A stretch of DNA of 64,000 nucleotides from Acidobacteriota bacterium (GTDB lineage: Bacteria; Acidobacteriota; UBA6911; RPQK01; JADFOI01): assembly GCA_963663035.1 (NCBI GenBank), contig OY760074.1:2016001-2080000 (forward strand), given 5' to 3'. The notes beneath the pieces were generated by a model. It did not search any database, was not told where the DNA came from, and saw nothing but the letters and a program-made list of their open reading frames with translations. Of the stretch, positions 1 through 10,001 are shown piece by piece; the stretch's first letter is position 1, and every line of letters begins with the position of its first letter. A program made the position numbers and the translations under genes.

Positions 1-1400
1 TAGATCGACGACAATTCCGTCAGTGAGGTATCGGTTCTATCCAGGTCATGCGCTCTGACAGCAACGATAAGTGCGCGCGCATTGTCGTCGACACAGTATC
101 CGTGGGCTCGGTTGGGAACCGTGAACTTCGCATGCTGGAGCACGCCGGTGTGATCCGTCATGGAGCGGAGATGCCTTAAATTTATCTGCGGCAGGCGCTG
201 ATCGTGCTGACTCAGCGTATCCAGTGCCGGGAGATCGCGCGCGCGCGCATGTAGTGCCTTGGCCTGCGAGAACAGTTCCAGATAATGACGGCCCATCTGC
301 TGCATCACCATCGGCCGGGCGTATGCATAGGCGGCACGACGCAACTTGAGACGCTCCTCAGGATAGTCCAGAAGTTGATTGATCTCGTGCGCCAGCGCCT
401 GGTGGTCTTTGAATGGGACAAGCCTGCCGCGCCCATCCGCCAACTTCTCCTGTGCGTGCCAGTAGGGAGTGGATACGACGGCCTTGCCCGCCCCAACCGC
501 GTACGCCAGCGTGCCGGATACGATCTGAGCCTCATTCAGATAGGGGCTGACGTAGATATCGGCAGCCCGAATTATCTCGAGCAATTCACTGCGCTCCAGG
601 AATCGGTCATGGAAGACAATGTTGTCGCCGACTCCCAGTTCCTTTGCGCGATGGTGCAAACTCAGACGATAGTTTTCACCACTTTCGGCTCTGCAATGCG
701 GATGGGTGGCTCCAACTACAAAATAAAGTATTTCCGGATGTGAGGCGACGATCTCCGGCAGAGCATCAATCATGAACTCGATACCCTTGCCCGCCGAGAG
801 CAGACCGAAGGTCAGAATTACAATTTTGTCGTCTGCGGCGAGCTTTCTCTTACACGGATCCGGATCCAGGAAAGGCACATCGGGAATTCCATGATGAATG
901 AGAGTTATTTTTCTCTCTGGAACCTGATATATATCTCGAAGAAAATCGGCGGCGTGCTCACTCATAACGACTAAGCCGGCAGAGAGCTTCGATAATTGGA
1001 TGATGATCTTTCTCTCCTCCGCCAAAGGTTCTCTCAATACCGTGTGCAGGGTGGTAAATAGAGGGCTTTTCAAGTTCTGTGCGAGTTCGATAATGAAACT
1101 GCCGCGTTGGCCGCCGAATATTCCGTATTCGTGTTGTAGACAAACTACCGCTGGATTCCTCAGGTTCAGGAAATCCGCAGCGAGACGGTATTCGTTCAGT
1201 TTGTCCTGGCGGATCTGAAATTTGACCGTGTCCGGGTACTCGTAGCCTTCACGCCGATCGTTCATGGCCACGATAGAACAATCTATTCCCGGGTTATTCT
1301 CGAGAATTGCGCTGGCAAGATCAGTAGTAAATGTGGCGATACCACATTGTCTCGGCAGGTACGAGCCGATCAGAGCGACTGATTTTATTGGGGGCAGCAT
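1..1400 (-). CDS. GT4-family glycosyltransferase with C-terminal extension, truncated by the window edge
   Basis: Not in the ORF track because it runs off the edge. Manual translation from ATG 1400: MLPPIKSVALIGSYLPRQCGIATFTTDL...CLQHEYGIFGG...TTLHTVL, and later HAKFTVPNRAHGYCVDDNARAL, all typical of this family. Confidence 0.85.
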   Translation of the reverse strand, partial: MLPPIKSVALIGSYLPRQCGIATFTTDLASAILENNPGIDCSIVAMNDRREGYEYPDTVKFQIRQDKLNEYRLAADFLNLRNPAVVCLQHEYGIFGGQRGSFIIELAQNLKSPLFTTLHTVLREPLAEERKIIIQLSKLSAGLVVMSEHAADFLRDIYQVPERKITLIHHGIPDVPFLDPDPCKRKLAADDKIVILTFGLLSAGKGIEFMIDALPEIVASHPEILYFVVGATHPHCRAESGENYRLSLHHRAKELGVGDNIVFHDRFLERSELLEIIRAADIYVSPYLNEAQIVSGTLAYAVGAGKAVVSTPYWHAQEKLADGRGRLVPFKDHQALAHEINQLLDYPEERLKLRRAAYAYARPMVMQQMGRHYLELFSQAKALHARARDLPALDTLSQHDQRLPQINLRHLRSMTDHTGVLQHAKFTVPNRAHGYCVDDNARALIVAVRAHDLDRTDTSLTELSSI

Positions 1401-2384
1401 GCTGAGATCCCTCCGGTCTTTCGGTCCCAAATCATAAACTTGAGCGGCAACTCTAACATGCCCGAGCAGCTGATCGCCTTCTTGTGCGGCACTCGACACA
1501 GAATCGATCTTGTTCGGGGTGCTGCTGACGACGCATTGATGTGCACTACCCGGAAAACTATCGGCAGGCGAGAATCCAGAAACGGCGATCTTCGGGCCAC
1601 AACCGTGGCCTGACCTGACGCTGCTTGAGAAAAACCAGCTGCTGTCGAAGGCAAATATTTTCGGCGATTTAGGACTTGAAAATGGCTTTGCAAGCGACCA
1701 GCAAGGCAGCGAATCACTGGAAAACTCCCTACGTTATTCATATTTGTATTGTACATAGCATTGAGTTATTGACGGTGCCATGGCTCCGATACAGTTTTTG
1801 CGCTCTAAGCGCTCAGAGGTGAGGTATGTTGTGATTTCCCCCCTTTTCAGATTGGCTGGGTCATTTCACTCAAGACCGGCATTTGTCTGTTTCTATGGCC
1901 ATTACTTTTACTGCTCTAAGCCATTTCGCTCCAGCACTGCGACCCACTTTGCGATTTCCAAAGAGACCCCATCTGTGCCTGCTATACGGGTGGATCGGAA
2001 ACTTACATTTTTGGATCGTTTTCCCGAAGCACGATCGTTCATCGAAGTACGCTCAACTAGCAGGTAAACTTTACTTCAGTTCTGTGTTTTGTGACATAAA
2101 CTATACGGTTAAAAATAGGCGGTCCAGATTAGGGTGTTGGTGCTGTCGCGGCTGGTGAAACTGGTTTTCGGGCCAATGCTAAATTCCTCCTGGAGTTCGT
2201 GAAATCGGATGATGGGCTCCCAAACTGCCCCCATTTCGACGACCGCTTTCGGGTAGGCTTTAACATTGCCTTTTAAAAAGGGGGTAACTTCATAGGACTC
2301 AAGTACCGATTTATCAATACGTGCATGACTAGTGCCCCTATAATCCCCTTTCTCCTACCTCTCCTCTCCTTCCCCCAAGCTCGC

Positions 2385-2921
2385 TCAGCCAGGCAGCGAC
2401 TTCTGCGGCTCGGGATAGACAATACTTCCAGCCTCTAACCTGGCGAAGGAGGTTAAGCGGTGCTCTTTCAACCCGTCTGCCGTAACGTGAACTATGGAGA
2501 TCTTTCTCAGACCGAGAAGAGCATCAGAAATCAATTGGCGATGACAGCGCCAGGGGACGGCTTCGGCACACATTATGCTGGTTGTAGCTTCTAAAGCAAT
2601 TTCGACAAGAACATCCAGAGCACTCTGAAACTCATCAATCAGCATATAGTCTGCATAGGCACGGAAGCCTGGGCTTTTCCATCCCAGATTGGGAGACTCT
2701 TTTTCGCCCAATTTGCGAAAGCCTCCTAAGGCCTTTAAGTGATAATAGTGGATGCCTATTTCTTCTAATTCTCTGATCAGATTTTCCTGGCTGAAGTGTG
2801 GGAATTTCCGGGAAGTGGGGAATGATCGAACGTCTACGAGTCGTTCAATGCCATGTTCCTGAAGTAACTGGGCAAATTCCTGGAAACTGCGTGTCGAATG
2901 TCCAATGGTAAAAATCTTCAT
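2385..2921 (-). CDS. DUF488 family protein
   Basis: KIFTIGHSTR, LVDVRSFP, LGGFR and MCAEAVPWRCHR motifs; start placed at MKIF. Confidence 0.88.
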   Translation of the reverse strand: MKIFTIGHSTRSFQEFAQLLQEHGIERLVDVRSFPTSRKFPHFSQENLIRELEEIGIHYYHLKALGGFRKLGEKESPNLGWKSPGFRAYADYMLIDEFQSALDVLVEIALEATTSIMCAEAVPWRCHRQLISDALLGLRKISIVHVTADGLKEHRLTSFARLEAGSIVYPEPQKSLPG

Positions 2922-3297
2922 GTCGTAATTATATGGATCTAGAGCCAAAACCTGATACAACTAAGCCTCGCTCCAGGGGCTCGGAGGCCAGTCCGAAGCC
3001 TCTACATTCTGTCAGGGACCTTTTTCTCGGTGCTCCCTGAAAATAAAAAACATTCTGTATCGACACCGAGAACATCATGACTGCGGCTTTGCAGATGGAG
3101 AGCCACCCGCCCTTCACCACAGCCGATACTCACCCGCCATAGAGCAAGCTGGCCCGATAGGTCCATTTTCTTAAAAAAATGACTGGCTATCAAAGCAGCA
3201 GGAGGGTCACCGTCTGATACCTTTCTCACCTTCTCGTTTGGACAGAGTATAATCAGCTTCATACAAACGACCGCAACAATGACCCTGGCAGGGGATT

Positions 3298-4323
3298 GTG
3301 AATCTTCGCTCAATCTTCAGTTATTTTTCGAATGATCTCGCCATTGATCTAGGTACTGCCAACACACTCATTTATGCCCGAGGACGAGGAATCGTTGTCA
3401 ACGAACCTTCCATTGTCGCAATTAACAGACGGAGCAATAACTTGGAAGCAGTCGGACACGAAGCCAAAGAGATGCTGGGCCGTACGCCTGTAAGCATCGT
3501 CGCCATCAAACCAATGAAAGATGGCGTTATTGCTCATTTTGACCTGACTGAAGAGATGCTCAAATACTTCATTAGGAAGGCCCATACCCGCAAGCATTTC
3601 CTGGCTCCCCGAATAGTCATCGGCACCCCATCGGAAATCACCCAAGTGGAAAGGAGGGCGATTATGGACACGGCCTGGGGTGCCAAAGCCAGCGAGGTCC
3701 ACTTGGTGGAACAGGCACTGGCTGCGGCCATTGGTGCCGGCCTCCCCATTACGAAAGCGGGGGGGAACTTGATTGTAGACATCGGAGGGGGAACGACTGA
3801 CATCGCCGTGATTAGTTTGTTTGGCATAGTCTACGGCCGCTCAGTCCGGGTGGCAGGGAATGAAATGGATGAATCCATCATCCAATACATCAAAAGGAAG
3901 TACAGTCTGCTCATCGGAGAACGCGAAGCCGAGCGAGTAAAAATCGAAATTGGCTCAGCTGCACCGCTGGAAGAAGAAATAACGATGGAGATCAAAGGGC
4001 GTGATCTGATCCAAGGCATTCCTAAGGTCATGACCATTACGGATGGAGAGGTGCGCGAGGCCTTGTCCGGCACCATCGACACCATTGTCAATGCCGTGCG
4101 GGTGGCCTTGGAACAGACGCCTCCGGAACTTTCCGCGGACATCGCGGATAAGGGCGCCGTCGTGACCGGAGGTGGAGCTCTCTTAAAGAATTTGGACTTG
4201 AGACTTAAAAATGAGACAGGATTACGTGTGGTGCTGGCTAAAGATCCTTTGTCTTCAGTGGTCCTGGGAGCGGGCAGAATGCTAAGTGATATGGCCCTCC
4301 TCAAGAGAGTCAGCTCTTCGTGA
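3298..4323 (+). CDS. mreB: Rod shape-determining protein MreB (actin-like ATPase)
   Basis: DLAIDLGTANT, VNEPSIVA, PMKDGVIA, IVDIGGGTTD and TGGGALL motifs. Confidence 0.93.
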   Translation: MNLRSIFSYFSNDLAIDLGTANTLIYARGRGIVVNEPSIVAINRRSNNLEAVGHEAKEMLGRTPVSIVAIKPMKDGVIAHFDLTEEMLKYFIRKAHTRKHFLAPRIVIGTPSEITQVERRAIMDTAWGAKASEVHLVEQALAAAIGAGLPITKAGGNLIVDIGGGTTDIAVISLFGIVYGRSVRVAGNEMDESIIQYIKRKYSLLIGEREAERVKIEIGSAAPLEEEITMEIKGRDLIQGIPKVMTITDGEVREALSGTIDTIVNAVRVALEQTPPELSADIADKGAVVTGGGALLKNLDLRLKNETGLRVVLAKDPLSSVVLGAGRMLSDMALLKRVSSS

Positions 4324-4467
4324 ATTTGTCCAAGGGGGATAGATAGCCATGCCAGCTGGACATCAACGCACCGCGACTCCACTCCACTGGCAATTTCCAT
4401 TGTCTTCAATCCTTTCAAGCGTTGGCATTTAAGGAAAATTTCCTAACATAATTAGGGGGCAACACTT

Positions 4468-4524
4468 CTGGGCGAGAAGACCATATCCTACTACAGGATT
4501 CTGGGAAAACTCGGAGAAGGCGGT
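4468..4524 (+). pseudogene. Short remnant of a Ser/Thr protein kinase N-terminus
   Basis: Translates LGEKTISYYRILGKLGEGG, resembling the start and Gly-rich loop of bacterial Hanks-type kinases; no continuation seen. Confidence 0.55.
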
Positions 4525-4778
4525 AATGCCCGATATTGTCCCGGGCCCGTTGGGGAGAGTTCAATCACCTGAACATCGCAGCCATTCATTGCCTGGAAGA
4601 AGCGGATGCTGCGCAGTGGAGCGCAGTCCGCGTAGAGGTTCAAGGGAAAACGCCCTACTTCGCTCTATTACTACCGTGAATTGCAAAACCTCAGAGATCC
4701 TCTCCATTTTCGCGCGGAACGTAAGACTCTGCCGGCGGGACGGAGCTAGTGGAGTACGACAAATCGCGCCGGGGGGGG

Positions 4779-6162
4779 GGGAGGTTCCGTCAATAAGTGT
4801 GTAAATAGACATCAGGCGGCTTTCTCCTGGGTGACTGGGTTGACTGGAACTCCATTGACATATTGGGCTCCTTGGTAGACATCCTTCATCAAGTGGGGAG
4901 CCTTCAAACGGCGAAATCTCTTCTCAGCGACCAGCAGCATCTTCCAGATGACAGCCCGTGCGTTGGCCACTTTCTTGAACCTTCGAGCAGCATCGGTTCG
5001 CAGTCGCAGAGCAGAGAAGGGAGACTCCACTGGGTTGGTAGTCCGCAGATGTTGCCACTGCTGTTTGGGATAGTTGTAAAACGTCACCATCCGCTCCCAG
5101 TCCTGGTCGATCAGATCAGCCGCTGCCTCCAGGCCTCTCTTGCTACACCAATGTTGGAATCGTCCTTTGACTCGCTCGGCTTCCTGCCGTGTTTCTGCAT
5201 AAGGGATCTGCCGCAACATCAACAAGGCCGCTTTGTGCCGACTCTTGGGGATCTTGGCCAGCAAGTTGACGATGCGATGATTCCAGCATCTCTGCTCGTC
5301 GGCTTCTGGGAACACGTTGCGCAACGCTCCCCAGATCCCCAGATGCCCGTCAGCGATCACCAGACGGGGTGGGTTCATCCCCCGCTCTTTGAGATCCCGC
5401 AGCACTTCGGACCAGCTCTGGGTCGATTCTCGATAACCACTACTGACGGACACCACCACTTTAGTGCCATCACTTAAAGCGGCGATCACTACCAGAATCA
5501 CGGCCTTCTCCTTCTCCAGCCCTGCTTTGATGTACACGCCGTCCGCCCACAAATACACGACTTCCAGATCATCCAGCCGACGGCTCTGCCAGGCCTCCAT
5601 TTCTCCCTGCCACTTCTGTTTCAACCGGGCTACGGTGCTGGGGGACAGCGGCGCTTCTTCCCCTAAAAGCCCTCTCAAGGCCAGATCGAAATCCCCCTCG
5701 GCCAGACCATGTAAATAGAGTTCTGGAATCAAGTCTCGTACCTCTCGCGTTCGCTTGGCAAACAGCGGCAAGACCCGGCTCTCAAAACGCTCTTCCAGAT
5801 CCCGCACTCGGGGACGCCGCAGCTTGATCGTTCCGCAACTCATCGTCAGTCGCCGCTCCTTGCCGTAGCCGTTGCGATAGCCACCGGAGGCGTCCACTTC
5901 TCGGCGACGCTCATTCTTTCTTCGTCCCAGCAGCTGTGTCACTTCATCCTCCAGCAGTTCCTGTACGTAAAACTGGATCTGCTCTCGCACCCACTCTTCC
6001 AGCTGTTCAAAGCAGACTCTTGACTCCACACTGTGATCAATGTTCTTCTTGCTCATGGCGGTGTGACTCCTTCCTTTCGGGCTCTTCCGCCCGGGTTTTT
6101 ATTTTCACCCGGAAGGATAATCACCGCCTGTGCTATTTACACACCTTTTGAGGGTAGCTCCC
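4779..6162 (-). mobile_element. IS256-family insertion sequence
   Basis: Imperfect terminal IRs GGGAGGTTCCGTCAATAAGTGTGTAAATAG / CTATTTACACACCTTTTGAGGGTAGCTCCC; 8-bp TSD GGGGGGGG at 4771-4778 and 6163-6170. Confidence 0.92.
4812..6056 (-). CDS. IS256-family (Mutator-like) transposase
   Basis: YRNGYG, RPRVRD, YLWADG, IADGHLG, QRCWNH and RTTNPVES motifs. Confidence 0.95.
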   Translation of the reverse strand: MSKKNIDHSVESRVCFEQLEEWVREQIQFYVQELLEDEVTQLLGRRKNERRREVDASGGYRNGYGKERRLTMSCGTIKLRRPRVRDLEERFESRVLPLFAKRTREVRDLIPELYLHGLAEGDFDLALRGLLGEEAPLSPSTVARLKQKWQGEMEAWQSRRLDDLEVVYLWADGVYIKAGLEKEKAVILVVIAALSDGTKVVVSVSSGYRESTQSWSEVLRDLKERGMNPPRLVIADGHLGIWGALRNVFPEADEQRCWNHRIVNLLAKIPKSRHKAALLMLRQIPYAETRQEAERVKGRFQHWCSKRGLEAAADLIDQDWERMVTFYNYPKQQWQHLRTTNPVESPFSALRLRTDAARRFKKVANARAVIWKMLLVAEKRFRRLKAPHLMKDVYQGAQYVNGVPVNPVTQEKAA

Positions 6163-6373
6163 GGGGGGGGCTAGCATGAGCCAGACTGCCATTCAGGAGA
6201 TTAGACCCTGGGACCGGCCTTTTTGGAAACTTGCCCGAGGTAAAGTGTGAGGTTCTTACTTATCTTGTCTTGATCCATGTACTCGCCGTCATCGGGCTGA
6301 TTCTTTTTCCGCTGTCGCGGCTCTGTTCATTTTGGACCACCAGGCCAGCAGCCGCGGCAGCTGTCGTTGTAGA

Positions 6374-7561
6374 ATGGTGAACAGAATCATGAAGAAGTCC
6401 GGTATTGGCATCCTAACGGGTGGCGGCGATGTACCCGGTTTAAATTCGGTGATCAAGTCGGTGGTCTATGGGGCCAAACATCTTGCTCGCGAGGTCATTG
6501 GGATTCGCAGAGGCTGGCAGGGTCTCACCGATGTCAACCTCTCTCAGCACCAGGACCCCGGGTTCATCATGCCTCTAAACAGATTGAACACTCGCAGCAT
6601 TGACCGAACCGGAGGTACGGTTCTCCATACCTCCCGCACCAATCCCGCCATGATGAACAAATCCAAACTGCCTGCGCATCTTTCCGCGGAAGAGTTGCGT
6701 CCCCTCCAGGTTGACGAAGACGCCTATGATCTCACACCGATCGTGATTCGAAATCTGGAGCAGCTTGGGATCGAGACCCTCATCGCGATCGGAGGAGATG
6801 ATACACTGGGCTATGCTGCGCACCTGAGTGGCGAGGGTTTTCCCGTTATTGGCATTCCAAAGACCATGGACAACGACGTACCCGGCACGGAATACTGTAT
6901 TGGCTTTTCCACTGCTATCACCAGGGCTAAAGAATTGATCACCCGCCAACGCACGACGCTGGGCTCGCATGAACGCATCGCCGTGTTTCGGATGTTCGGA
7001 CGCGAGTCAGGCTTTACGGCCCTTTATACGGCCTACGTTACGTCCACTCGCTGCCTGATACCAGAATACCCTTTTGACCTGGAGACGATCTGTCGCTTGA
7101 TGGTCGAGGACAAATACAATGCTCCCAGTCGTTACTCCCTGATCGTGATTTCTGAGGGGGCCACCTGGCGAGGACAACCGAAGGCAGAGTTCGGCGAGAC
7201 TGATGCCTACGGTCACCGCAAGACGGTGGACATCGGTCATGCTTTGGCGGCGGAGATTCGACGCCGAACTGGAGAGGAGACGATGACCTCCGATCTCACC
7301 TATGATCTACGCAGCGGGGATCCCGACTCACTGGACAGTCTCGTTGCCGCGACTTTTGCCAACAACGCCATGGACCTGATCAGCAAGGGAATGACAGGTC
7401 AGATGGTCTCGGTCCGAGATGGCCGTTACCACCATACCACCTTACCCGATCCTGCATCTCCTCCTCGTCGGGTCAACGTGGAGAGGCTCTACGACACCTC
7501 CCGCTTTCGGCCGCGCTACGACAACAAGCTAGGCTCCCCCATACTCCTTGACCACGTCTAG
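6374..7561 (+). CDS. pfp: 6-phosphofructokinase, probably PPi-dependent
   Basis: ILTGGGDVPGLN, GGTVLHTSR, IGGDDT and IPKTMDND motifs; start may be 6374 or 6389. Confidence 0.85.
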   Translation: MVNRIMKKSGIGILTGGGDVPGLNSVIKSVVYGAKHLAREVIGIRRGWQGLTDVNLSQHQDPGFIMPLNRLNTRSIDRTGGTVLHTSRTNPAMMNKSKLPAHLSAEELRPLQVDEDAYDLTPIVIRNLEQLGIETLIAIGGDDTLGYAAHLSGEGFPVIGIPKTMDNDVPGTEYCIGFSTAITRAKELITRQRTTLGSHERIAVFRMFGRESGFTALYTAYVTSTRCLIPEYPFDLETICRLMVEDKYNAPSRYSLIVISEGATWRGQPKAEFGETDAYGHRKTVDIGHALAAEIRRRTGEETMTSDLTYDLRSGDPDSLDSLVAATFANNAMDLISKGMTGQMVSVRDGRYHHTTLPDPASPPRRVNVERLYDTSRFRPRYDNKLGSPILLDHV

Positions 7562-7730
7562 GAGCTTTGTGCTCGGGTGGCTGAGGCCGCTGGGCCTTCA
7601 GTCCGGCCTGAGTTTATCTCAGCCCGGGGCTTACCGCACGCTAGCCAGAATTGTTGCAGTCCAAGGCGGAGACCGTGGGTAGCTTTCTGCCCGGGCGGTC
7701 GCCGAACCGTGCCAAGCCTCAGGGCCCACA

Positions 7731-8759
7731 TTAGGCCACTTCCTTTTCCATCGCTTCATTGTAGCTTCCGCTGCGAGCAGCCCCATTGCAGCTGGCGCGG
7801 TGGTAGAAGGCCTTTTTGGCGGCTTCGATGTTCCGGCTCTCTCCCTGCCAGGCCTCGAGAACCGGGGCCTGGAGGGCGCGGCCGAAGGAAAAGCTGAGTT
7901 CCCATGGGAGCTTGCCCATGGCATTCATGGCATTCAGATTCGTCGTGGCCTGTACGTCAGACTGCCCGCCTGAGAGAAAGACCAAGCCGGGAACAGCCGC
8001 TGGAACATGACGGAGAAAACATCGCAGAGTGGCTTCCGCGACTTCCTCTGGATGCGCCTGAATGGTGCAGTCCTTCCCAGGCAGAACCATATTGGGTTTC
8101 AATAGGATTCCTTCCAGAAGTACACCACTCTCATCCAGAGCGCCAAAGACCGCTTCCAGGGTCTTGCCGGTCTCCGTTTCACAACGGTCTATACTATGAG
8201 CTCCTTCCATCAAAACTTCGGGCTCCACAATGGGAACCAGGCCTTCTTCCTGACAGAGGGCAGCATACCTGCCCAGAGCATGCCCGTTGCAATGAATGCA
8301 GTAGCGGGATGGAGTCTCCTCTCCAATGGCAAGAACCGCTCTCCACTTGGCGAATCTGGCCCCCAGCTGCCGATACTCCTTCAATCGGGCTCTGAGCCCG
8401 TCCAACCCCTCAGTGATCTTCTCTCCACGGCTGAAGGGTAAGGGTGTAGTGCCCTTGTCTACCTTGATGCCTGGAATGATCCCCTGTTTCAGGAGAACAT
8501 CGGTAAAGGCTTGGCCCTCCGAGGTGGTCTGTCGGATGGTCTCATCAAACAAAATGACGCCACTGATGAACTCGTTGGACCCGGAAGTGGTGAAAAAGAT
8601 TTCGCGATAGGCTCGACGACGGTCCGTCGTAGAAGCCACATCGATCGTCTTGAACCGTTTTTCAATGGTGCTGAAGCTCTCGTCGGCTGCCAGGATACCC
8701 TTGTTCGGGGCTACCAGGGCCCGGGCCGTCTCTCTCAATGTATTTCCGTATTCGTACAT
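7731..8759 (-). CDS. fba: Class I fructose-bisphosphate aldolase (eukaryote-type Glycolytic family)
   Basis: KGILAADES, GIKVDKG, FAKWRAV, PIVEPEV, LLKPNMV (Schiff-base Lys), FLSGGQS and SFSFGRALQ motifs. Confidence 0.95.
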   Translation of the reverse strand: MYEYGNTLRETARALVAPNKGILAADESFSTIEKRFKTIDVASTTDRRRAYREIFFTTSGSNEFISGVILFDETIRQTTSEGQAFTDVLLKQGIIPGIKVDKGTTPLPFSRGEKITEGLDGLRARLKEYRQLGARFAKWRAVLAIGEETPSRYCIHCNGHALGRYAALCQEEGLVPIVEPEVLMEGAHSIDRCETETGKTLEAVFGALDESGVLLEGILLKPNMVLPGKDCTIQAHPEEVAEATLRCFLRHVPAAVPGLVFLSGGQSDVQATTNLNAMNAMGKLPWELSFSFGRALQAPVLEAWQGESRNIEAAKKAFYHRASCNGAARSGSYNEAMEKEVA

Positions 8760-8793
8760 TAGAACACCCCATTTGTTGCCGCTGTTGACAACC

Positions 8794-9759
8794 TCATTTA
8801 AGGAAATCGACTGGAAGGTCTTCCGCCCTCTCGCCCAGGAGAATTCGGTGGAGGTTCAGGGCCGCGCGGCGGGCAAGGCGGTTTGCGTCTCCTTCCACAT
8901 CGAGTTTGTCCACTGATAGACTTGCCAACAAACCTCTCCTGACCTCACTCTGGCCCCAAAGTGAGAAACTGGGCAAGCGCCTCTCGATCAGGGCCTCCAC
9001 CAGACGATCGAAGTCCCCGGTTGGCAGCTGCAAAAGAGGGGACACATAGACCGCCTGGGCATCAGGCGGGATCGCCGCCAATGCTTCCTCCAGCGAGTCG
9101 CTCACCTGAACCATACTCAGTTCCAGACCCAGCGGGCTGAGTTCGCTTACGACGTTTTCGGGCAGTTGTGGAATGGCTTCCGTAAAGGCCGACATGGTGA
9201 AGATCGTCAGCTGTGAGAAGGGAACGATCTCACGGAATCTCGACGCCTCCCGCAGGAGATTGGCGCGGATGTCAACATAGCTGAGATTCTGGACCCCGCT
9301 CACACGGCTGCGCTCAACAGCCTCTTGCCCTGGAACTCTCCGTTCACGAATCTCATAAGGAATTTCCTGAAGTTCCGGTCTGATAATGTAGGGGGCGATG
9401 ACGGGCTTGGGCAGAGGGCCGCGGCGGGCCGCGTCGTTGGAGGTGAGGACACCCAAGGTCAGCACGTAGTCCACCTCTGGATCGGCCAGCAGGCGGTCGA
9501 TGACAGCTTTCACGCCGGCAGCCGTCCAGTCAGCCTGGAGACGTTTCTCAGGCGGAAATCGGACATCATATTCTGCCTGCAGCAGTTGAGTGATTTCCCG
9601 CTCAAAGGTGGTCCGGATCCTCTCATTCCGCTCCCAGGGACCGTCCACGGCAATACCGATCCGTACCAGGCGATTTTGTGCTTGTCTCGCCGAGGTGCTC
9701 ATACCACCCAGCACGGCGAATACAAGCAAGAAACGAATCAGCCCAAGGGTATAGGTCAT
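8794..9759 (-). CDS. Secreted periplasmic-binding-fold protein, possibly 3'-truncated
   Basis: Signal peptide, then RIGIAVDGP...LIERRLPSFSLWG..EVRRGLLAS, resembling ABC substrate-binding domains. Confidence 0.55.
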   Translation of the reverse strand: MTYTLGLIRFLLVFAVLGGMSTSARQAQNRLVRIGIAVDGPWERNERIRTTFEREITQLLQAEYDVRFPPEKRLQADWTAAGVKAVIDRLLADPEVDYVLTLGVLTSNDAARRGPLPKPVIAPYIIRPELQEIPYEIRERRVPGQEAVERSRVSGVQNLSYVDIRANLLREASRFREIVPFSQLTIFTMSAFTEAIPQLPENVVSELSPLGLELSMVQVSDSLEEALAAIPPDAQAVYVSPLLQLPTGDFDRLVEALIERRLPSFSLWGQSEVRRGLLASLSVDKLDVEGDANRLARRAALNLHRILLGERAEDLPVDFLK

Positions 9760-10001
9760 GAGTTGTCCTTCCCGTAGTCTCCCTTAAGATACTGTGTACA
9801 CTTTCGGATTACCGGACATGGAGGAGTTTTCCCAGACTGGCGATTGTATTGACGGTAGAAAACAGCGTCAAGGGATGCAGTTTTCCTCAGACAACAGACC
9901 GGAGGCAACACACAGTTGTCAGCTGTCAATGCTCAGTTCCCTATTGCCCTTTCTCTTCTCCCGCCTTATCATTCTATAGAGCTACAGGGGAGGGAACTTT
10001 C

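Noticed and set aside
1401-2384. Short ORFs in the 1-kb gap, including a start-less minus-strand open frame at about 2109-2355
   Set aside because: No RBS, start codon or motif support; it may be a gene remnant but this cannot be supported by eye.
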